DNA from: the human T2T-CHM13v2.0 reference genome, Homo sapiens | Strand: one strand, 5' to 3' | Assembly (NCBI RefSeq): GCF_009914755.1 | Contig: NC_060932.1 | DNA length: 64,000 bases | Shown: positions 14,571 through 28,240 of the stretch, piece after piece | Layout of the letters: every line of letters begins with the position of its first letter | Position numbering within the stretch: the stretch's first letter is position 1 | Notes under the pieces: generated by a model | Databases searched by the model: none | What the model was told of the DNA's origin: nothing | Seen by the model: only the letters and a program-made list of their open reading frames with translations | Made by a program: the position numbers and the translations under genes

Positions 14571-15869
14571 GGGAAATAAAAAATGTTCAAATTTGATTCC
14601 CGAAGGAGTTAAACTTATTATTTGACATTTCATTTTTACTCTAGTTTTGCTACTATCATATAAATACATGCTTTAGGTGTAAAGTAAACAATGAGATTGT
14701 CCAAAGGATATTTTCTAAAGTTTATCAGTCGTATTGGTCCACCGGCATTGTCTAGACTGACGAACACTTCCAACTTTACTGCTCATATCATTCTGCATAC
14801 CCAAAATATCCTTCCTTTGCTTCTTGATGGTGAAAAAATACATAGTTTTGCTTTTCTGAGCTCATTGGGCTCTTTATAATGTAACCTCTTTGTATTGATT
14901 TGTCCATTTACTCTAGAATTACCTATGATGTTCACTATTTTCCATAATAAGGAAATTACCAAACTCGTAGAATAGCCAAAATATTACCAGTTGCTTTAAA
15001 AGATTAAAAAGAAAAAAAAAACAAGAAGAAAATTTTGATAAATTAAACAGTAATGAAAGAACACGTGGACCAAATATGCCTCTTAAAAGTAGAAATAATT
15101 AAACTGTGTCGGAAAGCCTATCAATCAGACAAATGAAACTATCTGAGACAAATGTTTCACCTTCCATGTAAACACTAGACTATAACATCAAAGGGAAAGA
15201 ACTGATTGTTTCCTATTGCTTCCTAGCTTCAATACACGATTCTCTAATGCGCTTTCAAAAGTATAGAAATACTATTGTAAATAGACGTTATAGCTGAAAA
15301 TCCTGAAAGCTGAATTATTTCTACAGCGCTATTTGCAGACTAATAAGCAGTTCATCAGTATATTATTGTAAAGATAAAGAAAAAACTGCAATAAAATTGT
15401 ATAAATGACTAAATTGATTAAATTGATCTGATTAACATAAAATATTCCAAGTATTATTTATTTAGTTAAATCTGAGACACTAGGAACCTTGCAAGTAAAA
15501 TTTGTACCCTAGACGTGACTCAACTCGACTCTACTCTAGGCCTACCCCTAAAGTCAGAAGCCTAAAGACAAATTTTAACAAGATTCTCAGGCATATTAAG
15601 TTTGGCAGCTGAGTCTTGCCAAGTTACAGGCCTTGGCAAATACTTTGGGCTTTCCATAGATCTCACTCACAATGTATGACATAAAAACTACTCAATTTCC
15701 ATGTGATAATAGTCCAAAATGCCTTCTAAGTCAAGAATTAGCACTCTTCTAAGGAAGATAACAGAATCCAAAGTCTGTACATACTGTTATTATATATTAT
15801 TCCCAATGTCCAATGATGAATCAACATTTATGAGAAATTCAACTAAATAGAAAAATGCAACCCATAGTT

Positions 15870-16060
15870 GAAGAAGATAATTAAGAAGAGGAGAAGGAGG
15901 AAGAGGAAGAAGAAAAATGGAAGGAGAAGAGGGAGAGGCAGGAGGAGGAAGAAGAGTCAAAATAGGAAGAAAAGAAGGAAGAAGAGAAGAAGTCAATAAA
16001 GGAGAAGGAGGAGACTGAGGGAGCAGGAGGAAGAAGAGACTGAAGGAGGATTAAGAAACA
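15870..16060. repeat. GA-rich low-complexity tract
   Basis: GAA/GGA runs, strongly purine-biased. Confidence 0.9.
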
Positions 16061-16715
16061 TAACTCAAGATGGCTCTGATATTGGACTTAGCAGAAATTA
16101 CTCTAAAGTAGCTACTTTTAAAGCTATTTAAGAGTTTTATCCATTTAAAATCTTCTGAAGGTAATTTAAATGATTCAAAGAAAAAAATATGGTCTTAATG
16201 AGTTAATCAATAGGAAATGTTGGTACAGAAATGGGAACTATAAAAAACTTAAAGCAAAACTGTAGAACTTGGGAGATGGACTTTATATCAGATTGGAGAC
16301 TAGGAAAACAAAAGAATAGTAAAATTGAAAACATATCAATACAAATTGTCCATTTGAAGATCACAGAGAAAAAAATATGTGAAACAAATAAGCAGAACTT
16401 AAGGGACTTGTAGTCCAGTGTCAAACAGTTTAAAATGAGTGTCATTGGAAAAGATAGTGCCTTTGAGACAGAAAAATACAGAAGAACTATCGTACAGGCT
16501 CAGGCTTCCCATATATTATTGAAGGCACAAACTTATAGATTTAGAAAGGTCAGAATGATAAGCAACAAGCGAACCACAGCTAGGTACATTATAGTCAACA
16601 TTCTGATTCCCAAAGCTGAAGAGAAAAATATGTACGTTACTAGAGAAAAAACATATTACACATAAGGAAATGGGCCAAGAAAAAAATCATAATTTTCTCT
16701 TAAAAATAATTGCAC
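16060..16715 (+). mobile_element. Old L1 ORF1-region relic
   Basis: A-rich. GATATTGGACTTAGCAGA and AGCTAGGTACATTATAGTCAA resemble L1M ORF1. Confidence 0.55.
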
Positions 16716-16719
16716 TCAA

Positions 16720-16816
16720 GCCGGGTGCGGTGGCTCATGCCTGTAATCCCAGCACTTTGGGAGGCTGAGGCGGGTGGATCACGAGGTCAGGAGATTTGAG
16801 ACCATCCTGACTAACG
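16720..16816 (+). mobile_element. Alu (Y/Sc-like) 5' fragment, 3'-truncated
   Basis: GCCGGGTGCGGTGGCTCA...GATCACGAGGTCAGGAGATTTGAGACCATCCTGACTAACG, then an abrupt end. Confidence 0.88.
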
Positions 16817-18472
16817 TTATAATCTATCTTATAATTCAGAAAACAAACAGAAATATAAATAATTAGTTGTAATAATGTACTATAATTTTCTACAAAAATA
16901 CTGTAAATTTATATTTAAAAACAATCAAATTATCACATCCTTCATATTTTTAGGTATATAGGTATTTCTATACTAATATGCTACATTCTATATTAGTGTT
17001 TTTTCTTACATATATTAATCTAGGAGTGTGAAGAAGAACATTTCCACTGACTAAAGAAAGTTATGAACAAAACAATCTTGAAATTTAATTTTTTTTTACT
17101 CTTGAAATATCTTATGCCTATCAGTTCTAGAAGTTAGTTTAGCCTTCTTTGAATCTCAGTTAGCTCTGGTCCATTTATAACTGCTTAAAAGCCTAAAACC
17201 AAATTTTTCTAGTAATTGTGGGGTATTTTATTGCTTGCTGGTTGATTCACATCTGTTTTTTTCTTTCCAGTTAGATTTCAAAGTCTTTTGAGATAAAATT
17301 ATGTTTTCAGTATCTTGTTTTGACCACAATGCAAAGATTATGAAAACATCTATTAAGCAGTTGTATGGAGCTTGAATTCTGTGAAGGAACAGAATTGGAG
17401 ATGCAGGTTTGAAAGTCTTTGCTTGCTTCGAAATAATGTGAAATTTCACTTCTCTCAATTCTACTATTTTCCCACATGCACTATAACTCCCTAAACTTTA
17501 TTTTACTTTTCAGAAATTTATACCTAAGTTGGCATTCACTGTAAGTATCACTTGGGCATCATACCAACAACAAGTATAGTCGATATTGTGCAATGAATAC
17601 AAAAATAGGTAACATGGAAAGACACAGTTTCATATTCCAGCAACTGGTGTTCATAAATCCATAAGTGAGCCACTCATATTTTCTGTAGCTAAGTTCTCTC
17701 ATCACGCAAATAAAATACAAACTTTAACATCAACCACTTAATATTAACAATCTAATGAGCTAGAAAGTGCATGTTAAAATAACTTTACCTTAAATTTTAT
17801 TATCTAGTAGAATAATGATAATTATTATTGTACATCACTTTACAACTTCCAAAATTATCACTGGCTTTCACCTGCTTTTGCTGTGTTGTAGTATTATACA
17901 GATTTCATAAGTCATGTGTCTTCTTTGGACCTCACTTTCATACTGTTGCCTGTTTCTTCAACTGAAGATAGGGATTTTAGGGTTTTAAATTTTTAGGATT
18001 TTAAAAACAATGCATATAAAGCACCCAATGTACACAGAAAGCATAATACTTACCTGAGGCAACATACTTTTATTATTTGTATTACTATTTGTAAGTACTG
18101 ATAAATATTCAAGCAAAGGATAAGTCTATAAACCCAACCTACTTTAATATTACATTCAAGAGATAAGTACTGTGAAAGGTTAATTGATACTACTTTCTAA
18201 AGATTCTTCAAAATTACTTCTGAAGTACAATCTTTTTATGTTAGCTAACCAAAATAATTTAATGATATCTATGGAACTGCCTTATTGCTCAAATTTGCAA
18301 GTTTTAGACATTAACATTTTTCTAAATAAATCTATATAAAATTCAATGTACTTAATATGACTGTACATGCTAAACACTATGTGTGATGTATAGGCTTGTT
18401 ATTAAACTCCAAAAAACTGAATATACAAAATTTAGCAGAAGTTCTGATATTTCCATATGCTTAAGCAATGAG

Positions 18473-19102
18473 AAGTTCCCCTTAGAAGTCTCAAATAATT
18501 TAGATCAACCCATGTTTTAGCCTGTTTGGATTACTCAAGGTAAATTTGTCATTTACCATTTACCTTATTTGTCATTTTATAAGGAAGACAAATACCTAGT
18601 CTTGAAATTTACTTCTGTTTTTTTAAAAACATTTTACATGTAATAATTCATTTAATCATCTCAACATCCCAGTGAGGTAATTCTAAACTTATTCCTATCT
18701 TCAGTTGAAGAGACAGGCACAGTAAGAAGAATCATTGAGAGTAGTTGCCCAGGTTATACAGCTTTAAAATGGCTGAACTGGGATGGGAATTCACACACCC
18801 CGGCTCCAGAACTTAGCTGTCCACAGCTATGCTATTTGCCTGCTTCTTTGTTTTTAACCATTTCATTTTTAGTAACTCCTCCTCTCCCAAGTCTATCTCT
18901 ATTGATCTTCCAGTTCTGTTGCAAACTGTAACACAGTAACAAGTTCCCCTTAGAAGTCTCACATAATTTAGATCCACCCATGTTTCAGCCCTTTTGGATT
19001 ATTCAAGGTATTTTGTCATTTACCATTTAATTTATTTGTCATTTTTCTTCCACCTGGAACAAAACTGGAAGATCAATAGAGATAGACCATGGGAGAGGAG
19101 GA
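18473..19102. repeat. Local ~105-bp direct duplication plus ~47-bp inverted repeat
   Basis: 18473-18578 matches 18941-19045. 18877-18923 is the reverse complement of 19055-19102. Confidence 0.92.
18640..18835 (-). mobile_element. MIR
   Basis: CATTTAATCATCTCAACATCCCAGTGAGGTA...TTGCCCAGGTTATACAGC...GGCTCCAGA. Confidence 0.7.
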
Positions 19103-21164
19103 CGTTTTCTTACTTTCCACTCTTAGTCAATAACTGGGATTTTTCTTTTTTACTTTTAGAATATCCTCAATTTAAATTTAAATATTTATTGGCCTTTCTT
19201 GATATATTAACTTTCTGAGTTTCCACCCCACTTTTCTCTTTACTTTCTTTTCTGATAAGAAATGCAAACCTAATTTTTAAAACCATAAATGTAAGATGAA
19301 TGAACTTAAAAAATCTGGAATGGCAGTTCAAAAAGCAATTAAAATTGAGGAATCAAAAAGCTCCTCTGATTCTTTGTCATAATTCAAATAAAGGTATGCT
19401 TTTCTGACTGTGGTAAAAACTAGCTGACAAGTGCCAAGGAAACTAGATTTTTTTTAAAAAATGGAACTTTGTATATGTAACCACATTATTAAAACCAGGG
19501 CAAATTTTTCAGGATGTAGCTGTGTTCTTTGTATAGTTATGACTTTTGATCTCTGTATCTTTACCCTGCCTGTTTAGAATAAACTTTACACTCTATTTCC
19601 TATCTCCAGTCAAGTATTAAACTAAGAAAATATCTGAGAGAAATACACAAGAAAATAATCACAAAGCATTAAAATTATAAAATAATTTATAGTTGAATGA
19701 CCATGAATAATGCTTTAATGATCTTATGCCTTATGTGATTAAGAATATAAAGATGTTTTCTTTCCTCTTTTCTTTATAGAGAATATACAGATTTGGGGTA
19801 CCAATGAATAAAATACTGAGATTTTGTGGAGTCTGATATTTAAACTTGTTTTTTCATCAATTCTTCTTTATGAGAAAATGGAGATACTCCAGGCAATGAA
19901 ATTCATCCAGAGTAATATATTTGGGGGTACTCTGAATTCAATCACCCTTTTCCTCACAGTTTACAAAATCCAGAAGTGTCTAACAGTCCTCCAGACATGA
20001 GCTGCCTGTCATGTCTTATTACCTGAACATGTCTATTAATAAATAAATAAATAAATAAATCTTTGCAAGAAAGTGCTGAGCTGGAAAGAGCAGAGAAAAT
20101 ATTTCCACATCAATAAAGTAACAGAAAGGCTTTCATGGTTGTATTTTCCAACTTATCTTCCTTTGACACTTACTTTTCTTCACTGCAGAAACAATATTTT
20201 TCCTTTTTTTCTTTGTATTGTTACCCTACCCATCTTAACCTAGTGCTAATAACTGCTCTGGTTATTATCTCCTTCCACACCTCCCTGGCTCTTCCTTTAG
20301 GCCTGGAGTCACTATTTACTTTAGAAGGAATAATACATTGAAAGGCGTGTAAAGGTGAAAATCAGGCGGTTTTGTAATTCCCAAGAGTGGAGGTTACAGC
20401 CTTTGGCACATCAGCAAACAAATCACAAGGACTGCTGAATTCCCTTGCAGGCTTTTTTTCTTTCATGGTTTGGAGAGCAAGAGTGGGAGCGACAGCTAAG
20501 ATGACATTGCCATTTGGGGGACACAATTCTGCAGGTGATGTTGTGCAGGGGAATAAAGGAGGTGAAAGATAAATTGTCACTGAATTGGCTTTCACACAGC
20601 TGTAGGTGTATTTTAGTTTAACGGCAGTGACAGTCCAGCTCCCACCTGCTGACAGACGGCTGCTAGCAAGAAGATATATTTGAGACTTACTGTCAAGATA
20701 CAAGCTTTCATGTTAAACAAATAACGTTTTTTAAAAGAGTATTTCAAAGGATGATGAAAATGAAGAGAAATGATACTTAACATATACAACATAAAGAGAG
20801 TATCTGAGAGCCCAAAGCTGGGCTAAAGTTGGCAAAGGCGAGATAATTATATTTTCCAGGAGTGAATACCTCCAAGAAAAAAATAAATCATTAAAAAATG
20901 GGGTTGGTGTTGAACTTGGACATTGCATGGCTAAGAGTTCCTAGTAAAAATAGCAAAGGTTTCCATATAAGTACAACTGAGAAAGGCAGTCACCTCTTAC
21001 TCTCTAACCAGAAAATAAGAAAAGAAGATGAGAGAAATTTTAATATGCCAGACCATAATATGCGTTTAGCATACTATTGTTATCTCCACTAGAATCTTCA
21101 ATTATCATCAATGAGATTAAGGTCCGTTATTAATGTATTCGTGTGCCTGTTGCTCTTCTAAATT

Positions 21165-21350
21165 GTTTGACATGCATTGTCTTCATAAGTAGTTTTTATC
21201 ACAGCACTGTGAGGTACCTGTTACTGTACAGAAAGGAAAAATGGAAGCACAGGGCATTTATGTAATTTCTCAAGATCATACAGCTTTATACATGGTAGTA
21301 GAGCCATGTACCAAACAAAGACAACCTGGTGATGAACTCATGTCCTTTGC
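21165..21350 (-). mobile_element. MIR
   Basis: TCACAGCACTGTGAGGTA...TAATTTCTCAAGATCATACAGC. Confidence 0.6.
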
Positions 21351-22428
21351 TGTTAAATATTTAGTACAGCTTCTTGTATAAGATGAAAACCATTCCAAAT
21401 GCAAAGATGCCTCTCTTTACTAGGAAACCCAGCTTTGAGAAGCAGGGATGAAGCAGGGAGGAAGATGCAAAAAGATGTATTGATTATCAGGAGTAACAAA
21501 TCAATCCTGGAGATCAAGGAAGCAGGTATGCATGTGGGAGGGACAGGTGGGGGCTACATCGAGATTGTGTTCATATTCAGTTAAAAATGTTTTTAGTCCT
21601 CTGAATACAGAAGGTAAATGAACAGAAGGAATGCTCAAAGACACAGTTCTTATTGTTGTTTTGGGGTTTTTTTATTTGTTTTATTTTTATTAGGGCTTAG
21701 ATTTACTAAAATTTGTCCTCTTCTATTTTAGGCTTACGTGTATCATACAGAATATTTAGTGTGTGTATAAATTAAAATGTATTCATTTTAGACCTTTACA
21801 CAATATGCAAAAACTCTGTATAATTCTGCTTCTTTCAAATAGATGCTTTTTTGTTCACTTTTCAAATATAATCATTAATTTTACGTACTGAATAATGTTA
21901 CTGGTTTACTATTTGGTATATGTATATACATACATATATAGGTTTTATAATGTTGATTAGTGTAACTAGTTTACTATTTGGTTTTATTCATAATCATTAT
22001 TTATTTTTATATGTATATACCATCCTCTGAGCCTCACAGCTAAAAACTGTTGTCTGTGGTGGAGAGAATTCCTTAGTGCCCTTACCAAATCAATGAGTCT
22101 TCATTTTTCATCATTTATTTTATTTACTCCATCTACCAGTTTCTAACACTGACCAACACTTGTGCCAAAGGGACATATAAACCACCCCTTTTAATGTTTG
22201 TAACTGCAAAATACTAGGCTCTGAGGAGATTTTTCTCACTGTTTGAGATGGCTATAAAGTTTATGTCTTACAGCAAAAGAATTGCTAGCTCATGAAATTT
22301 TATCATCACTATTGAATGTGAAGATGTGCTAAATGGCATAGATGCTTAATGCATTTATACAGACATCTAAACTATATGCCTCAAGAATATCTTACAGGAA
22401 TACAAAAAGAAAAAATTTTAAAGCTCTA

Positions 22429-22559
22429 GGCTGGGCACAGTGGCTCATACCTGTAAACTCAGCACTTTGGGAGACTGAGGCAGGAGGATCGCTTCAGGCC
22501 AGGAGTTTGACACTAGCTTGGGCAACACAGTGAGAACCCATCTCTTTTTAAAAAAATAA
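22429..22559 (+). mobile_element. FLAM_C-like Alu monomer
   Basis: Single left arm followed by an A-rich tail. Confidence 0.8.
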
Positions 22560-22724
22560 TTAATTTTAATCCTTATATATCTATATTAAATTGTCTTTCT
22601 GAGGAATAACCTCTTTTATAAACATCTACGTGTTATCATGTGCCCTTAAATTGATATTATGTAAGAAAGGAGAATATCTACTTTCAGAAACAATCTGCAA
22701 AATCGGTAACTTCCAACGATGTAG

Positions 22725-23235
22725 TATGGTAGATTGTCTTCAAATAATTCCTCTCTTCCCTGAATACTCATGTCACTCCCCCCGTTAAGATATGAAATCT
22801 ATTTCCCCTTCTTGAATCTGGATGGTCTGTATGACTTGCTTTTTCCAATAGAATGCAACAGAAGCAAGTCTGTGTCCATTCTGGGTCTACCTCTTGAGAA
22901 GCCTGGCAGTTTCCAATTATGGTCTTAAGAGTCTAGAGTCCGAGGCTACCATGTCAGAAGTCTAACTACTTGGTACAGAAAGGCACAACCAACCACAACC
23001 ATTCCCGCTACCCTAGAAAAGGTCCAGGTCATTTGAGTAAAGCTATGTTGGATGTTTCAGTCCAAGCAGAGGTCATAGATAAAGGCATGAGTGACCCCCG
23101 ACAACATCATACGGAGGAGAAGATCCACCCAGCTAAGCCCAGACAGCCCAGAGAATGGTAAGACAGAATGAATCGTTGTTTTTAAGTCATTAATTTGTGG
23201 AAATAATTTCTTGCCTTGCATTAGATAACTGACAT
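22725..23235 (+). mobile_element. MLT1G/H-like MaLR LTR
   Basis: CTTGAATCTGG...TGACTTGCTTTTTCCAATAGAATG and 3' end TTGTTTTTAAGTCATTAA...TAGATAACTGACA. Confidence 0.75.
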
Positions 23236-23699
23236 ATATAAGGAACTACCGTAAAATAGTTGAGTCTAAAGAGTTAACTTCAAACTCTTTTCAGGGATTC
23301 CAGGACCTAAAATAAAGATATTTCTCCAATCGTGGTAAGAACTGTTATGGTGAATTAAAAAGAACTCTAATTAAGGAGCAAACAAGTACTATACAAATGA
23401 ACTTAAACAACTCTCTTGAATTTATTGAGAAGTAAAATCCAACTGGATATCAAGTATAAACTGGTCACTTTCTTAATGTCACTTAAAATGATTCCCTTCT
23501 TTTCAACCTCCCTAATACGGGAAAGATCAAACCATTCCAATTTCTCTGAAGGATTACCCAAGAGGTCTTTCTACCCTACCTCCTAGGTAGCTCTTCTCTA
23601 GTTTATTTCTCATTTCTAAGTTGCTGCATTCTAAAATGTAGATAGAATCAAGTCACAGCCTACCTAATATTCTTTGTGCATTTTCCATTAGTTAAGAAT

Positions 23700-24130
23700 T
23701 AAGTCCATGTCGGACAGCATGATGTTCCAGTTCTCTGTGATTTGACTTCTGATTTGTTTCTCACCCTCAGTGCATGCCACTTTTCTCCTTTAAACACAGA
23801 CTCCAGTTATTCAGTCTCTATGCCTTTACAACTGCTGGTACTTCTCCCTAGATACCCCTTATGTTCTTTAGATCTAATTTCCATGTACATTAAAAAAAAA
23901 ACTGATTCCCATGCCCTTTAGGTTCACAATGCCCTGAACTCAAGTCTGAATGCATCCTGCCTTTAAATTACCATAGCACTGGCATACACACACTCACTGT
24001 AGCCTTCACCACACTCCATTAGTGTGCTTCCTAAGTACCAGGCAATAGCTTTTAGTTCTTTATCACAGCACTCACCTTGGTGTCAGGAAAACCAGAAAAC
24101 TGAGTGTTTGTTGGATAAGTGGATAAATGA
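23700..24130 (+). mobile_element. L2 3' relic
   Basis: Pyrimidine-rich body ending TGTTTGTTGGATAAGTGGATAAATGA. Confidence 0.55.
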
Positions 24131-25031
24131 TAGGTGAAATGGAAACTGCATGTGAAAGCACTTCATCAAGTTAAAAGTGCTTGAAAATATTATTCTGATG
24201 ACTCCTTCATAACAAGTTGTAAAGATAGTTCCTATAAAGGTAGACTAAAACCCCAAACAGTTAAATGAATATATCTTGGAAAAAGGCAAAGCGATTACAA
24301 ATATGTACAATAAAAGCAGGATTGCCCTCACCTATAAAATAGATAATTCTAAACTGTTATTTAATGATACTAAGGAATAATGAAAAGAATAATTCAATTA
24401 TTTACAACTTGATCATGATAGCTTTTAAAGTATCTGAGAAAAATGGAGATAGAGTGAAATAAATTAAATATATTAAATAAAATAAGATGCATGCATTTAA
24501 ATTATATTTAGTAATATTTCCTTTAGTCCTGAAATTGAATGTATTCACTATGGAAATCAGTACATATTAAGATGCAGCTGCTGAGTGTTTCTTAAACACC
24601 AGGCATTCGCTAAGTGCTTTGCAGATATTATCTAGTTTAAGTCTTAGAAAAACCTATGAGATAAAGATTAGCATCTTCTTTATAAAAGTGGTAATTAAAG
24701 TTTGCCTATGTTGAAATAATTAATAACTGACAAAGCCATTCCTAGATTTCTGGTTTAAAGCCTTGTTTTCTTGTCATCAATGAAACTGTAAGACAGATTG
24801 GAATTTCCTGCATAGAAGAATCTTTCAGAAAAGAGAGTTACCATTTGTCTTCAATTGCTTAATGATTTTTTTTTATTAAAGCAGCACCAAACCTCTTACC
24901 ACTATGGTATTACTTTACCTTGAACTTCCATGAATGTCTGTCTCATCTAGAGTTTCCTTCCTGGGAAATAACAGATGTTCCTCACATATTTCAGGATTAT
25001 TTCTTGTCATTTAATTGCTACACAATATCAC

Positions 25032-25462
25032 TTGCAGAAGGTTGAATAATGGCCATTCTGAGATCTACTTAGAACCCCAAAAGGTAACCTTATTTGGAAT
25101 TAGTTTATTTTCAGATATAATTATAGTAAGGATCTTTTGAATAGACCATCCTGCATTGGGATGGTCCCTGAAACCTATGATGCGTATGCCTGTAAGAAAC
25201 GGAAAAAGAGAAGACACACAGAGATACAAGAGAGAAAGCCATGTGAAGAGGGTAGAGACTGGTATTATTCTGTCACAAACCAAGCAACTTCTGACACCAT
25301 CAGAAGCTGGAAGAAGCAAGGCAGGATTCTCCCCGAGAACCTTCAGAAGGAGCACGCCCTTGCTAACATCTTGACTTCAGACTTGGCCTCCAGAACTGTG
25401 AGAATAAACTTCCAAAATTTTAAACCACCAAGTCTTTAGTAATTTGTTACTCTAAGAAACAA
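25032..25462 (+). mobile_element. MLT1B/C MaLR LTR
   Basis: ACCTTATTTGGAA, GCCATGTGAAGA, CAGAAGCTGGAAGAAGCAAGG and GGCCTCCAGAACTGTGAGAATAAA. Confidence 0.88.
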
Positions 25463-25559
25463 CCTAGTTCTCATTTCTGCACACCTGCTAAGGACAGTGC
25501 TATGTCTAGAGCACAAAAGCAGGTGACCTCCTTAGCTGTTTACAGTAATTAACAATGGC

Positions 25560-26160
25560 TCTCTTTAGGAGATGACATTTTAAGATTATACCAGGAGTGA
25601 GTCAAGCACACTGGAACAGACAAGACAAAGACTGAAAAGAAAACAGCTTAAGTTTGCAAGAGAGAAAGGAAACCAGGATGGCTAAAGAGCAGTAGTTGGT
25701 GGATCACAGGAATCAAGTGGTTCATAAAGAAGCAAAAAAGAATCACATCACATAGGTCTTTGTACAGCTTATCAAGGTGTTTGAATTGCACTTTTCAATT
25801 TAACAAAAAGCCACGCATTAATATTTGGGTGAATTGGTACAGGGACACAAGAGCAGAAGAATACACAATTTCAGTTTGTGTTTTAAAAGAGGTGATACTA
25901 ATTACTGCCATGGGGAACACAAATTGCAAGCTAAAATGATGGAAGGAATAAGACAAGGAAATAGGCTTTTGAACTGTTGAGGAGAGGTGAGTTTCAAAGT
26001 AGTGCCAGTGATGATGGAGGAATGACTTCCTTATGATGAATTTTGTGGCAGTATCACTTGACATTCTGATGGATTGGATGTGAAGAGGAAAGGAAAATGA
26101 TACATCAAATCTCTGCAATAAAATACTAAAGGACATAGGAGGAGTAGAAAAAGCGAGTAA
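25560..26160 (-). mobile_element. L2 relic
   Basis: GAGATGACATTTTAAG...TGATGGATTGGATGTG. Confidence 0.5.
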
Positions 26161-27552
26161 CTTGGGATTGTAGAATTAAGAAAAGTCCCTCAGAGGAAGA
26201 GATTCTCACACATATGAATAATAGTGGCCTACTCATATTTTTTTAAAAAATTTTGCATATGAATGATAGGAACAAGAGGCTGTAGAGAGAATGGTAGATA
26301 AAGGATTTTTGTACTAAATATTCTAACAAGACCAATTTGCAGTTGAGCTGTTTATATCCCTTTGACTATAAAGAGCAGTAATTATATACAACACTGAAAC
26401 ACTAAATTATTCAATTGCCTCAAATTTGTTAGCCTCACATTCTTTTACTATGTTCCTGTTTTAGGTCCATCCTCTGCATTGAGACATTTTTAGATTTGTT
26501 TTAAATCTGGTATTATTCTATTCAAAGTGAATTTATTCAAAACTATTTCTACTTGATTCTGGGAAATATTTTTGCCTTTCTCACGAGTTCTGCACAGTGA
26601 CCTTTTATGAGTCCTGTTAAAGTGGATTCACTCTTCAGACAAGGTTTCTTATCAGTTTTTCACACTTACTGAAGAGGACTTTTTTCCCCCCAAATCATGT
26701 AAGGTTAGCTCTATAAATAGTATTTTGTGATTTTGAATTTTATGCTATTCTATTTTGAAAAAATCACTGGCTGAAGTGCATCTTTTAAGAATTACTTCAT
26801 TTCTTAAAAAAAGATATTGCATCTTTTCTGCTTGTCTCAGTGACCTACTTAGCTTTTTAAAGCTCTCCACTGACATCCTTTTTGTCTCCTACTTTTCTCA
26901 TATTATCTGTTTTCCTTTTAGCAAAAGTCTATTTTGTTGTTATTTTTAATAAAAGTGTACAAAGTTATAAATATGCATAGACTATTCTTTGCACTTAGGT
27001 GAATCACCTCTTTAAATTAATGAATGACCGACCATTGCATGTTTCTCAAAGGAGAGGCCAGGTAAAGTCAGGACTTACTGTGTCAAAGAGAGAGAAAGTG
27101 TGCCCTTGACTTCTACTTTTTATGTAATACTCTCATTCTCAGAACATAAAATGATTTCAACAGGGCAGTGTTCATAATTGGTCAACTTAACTTAGTTTTG
27201 TACTCCTGAATTTGAATACCTGAATAAATAACTCTTAAAAGTATATAAAAAGTCAGTTACAGGAAAGACAGAAATTTAGCTAAAGTTTATTTGCTCTATC
27301 TTAGGGGAACCTCCTTGAAATTAAAGGAAGAACGTTTGAGGTATATAAAAGAAAATACAAATCATAAAATTATTTTCCTGAAAAAGGAGTACAGACTAAG
27401 GATGGAATCCAATTATAAAGAACTTATATAAATTAATGAGTGATATAAAATGATCTTGCTAAACATGAATGTTCTAAGAAACATTTCAATTGGGGAGCTA
27501 TTCAGCAATGTCAAATGGGGATCCCCAAAGTAACATAACATAGAAATTTGTT

Positions 27553-27867
27553 ATTGTTGTTGTTTTGTTTTTGTTTGTTTTTTCTTGAAACGGAGTCCAA
27601 CTCTGTTGCCCAGGCTGGAGTGTAATGGCATGATGTTGGCTTCCTGCAGCCTCAACTTCCTGGGCTCAAGCCATCCTCCCACCTCAGCCTCCCAAATAAT
27701 TGGGACTACAAGCGTGTGTTACCATGCCCGACTATTTTTTTTTTCTTTGTAGACACGAGGATTCACCATGTTGCCAAAGCTGGTTTTGAACTCCTGGGCC
27801 CAAGCACTCCACCGACCTGGGCCTTCCAAAATGCTGGGATTACAGGCATGAGCCACCACGCCCAACC
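27553..27867 (-). mobile_element. AluJ
   Basis: Reverse dimeric Alu with CTGGGCTCAAG J-type motifs and a (GTTT)-rich tail. Confidence 0.88.
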
Positions 27868-28240
27868 AACAGAGACAAATGTTGATAGTCCCCATTTTAC
27901 TCTCAAATTTCAAGTATCTTGTCAAGTCTTCTCCATCTCAATAAACATCAATATTATTTTCAGCATTTCACAAGCCAAAACTTTACAAATTTTATGAAAT
28001 ATGAAATTAGGTTAAAAACAATACTTCAAAACACTTTAAAATTAATTCATATATGAACTTATGTATTATACAGTTTTAAGTGTATGTGTAACATAAACAA
28101 GTATCATATTTAACAACTTGAAAATTCTATCTATATTCCTAATGTGTGTATATATATAAACATGTATGTGTAGGTGTGTATGTGTGTGTACATATATAAC
28201 ACACACACACATATATATATATACACTTTGGCTCACAGGT

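Noticed and set aside
16830-17700. Possible hAT DNA-transposon relic
   Set aside because: The resemblance is too vague to name a family or set boundaries without a Dfam search.
17971-18005. TTTAGGG/TTTAGGA telomere-like words
   Set aside because: Only one true hexamer, inside a MIR-like relic, with no associated rearrangement.
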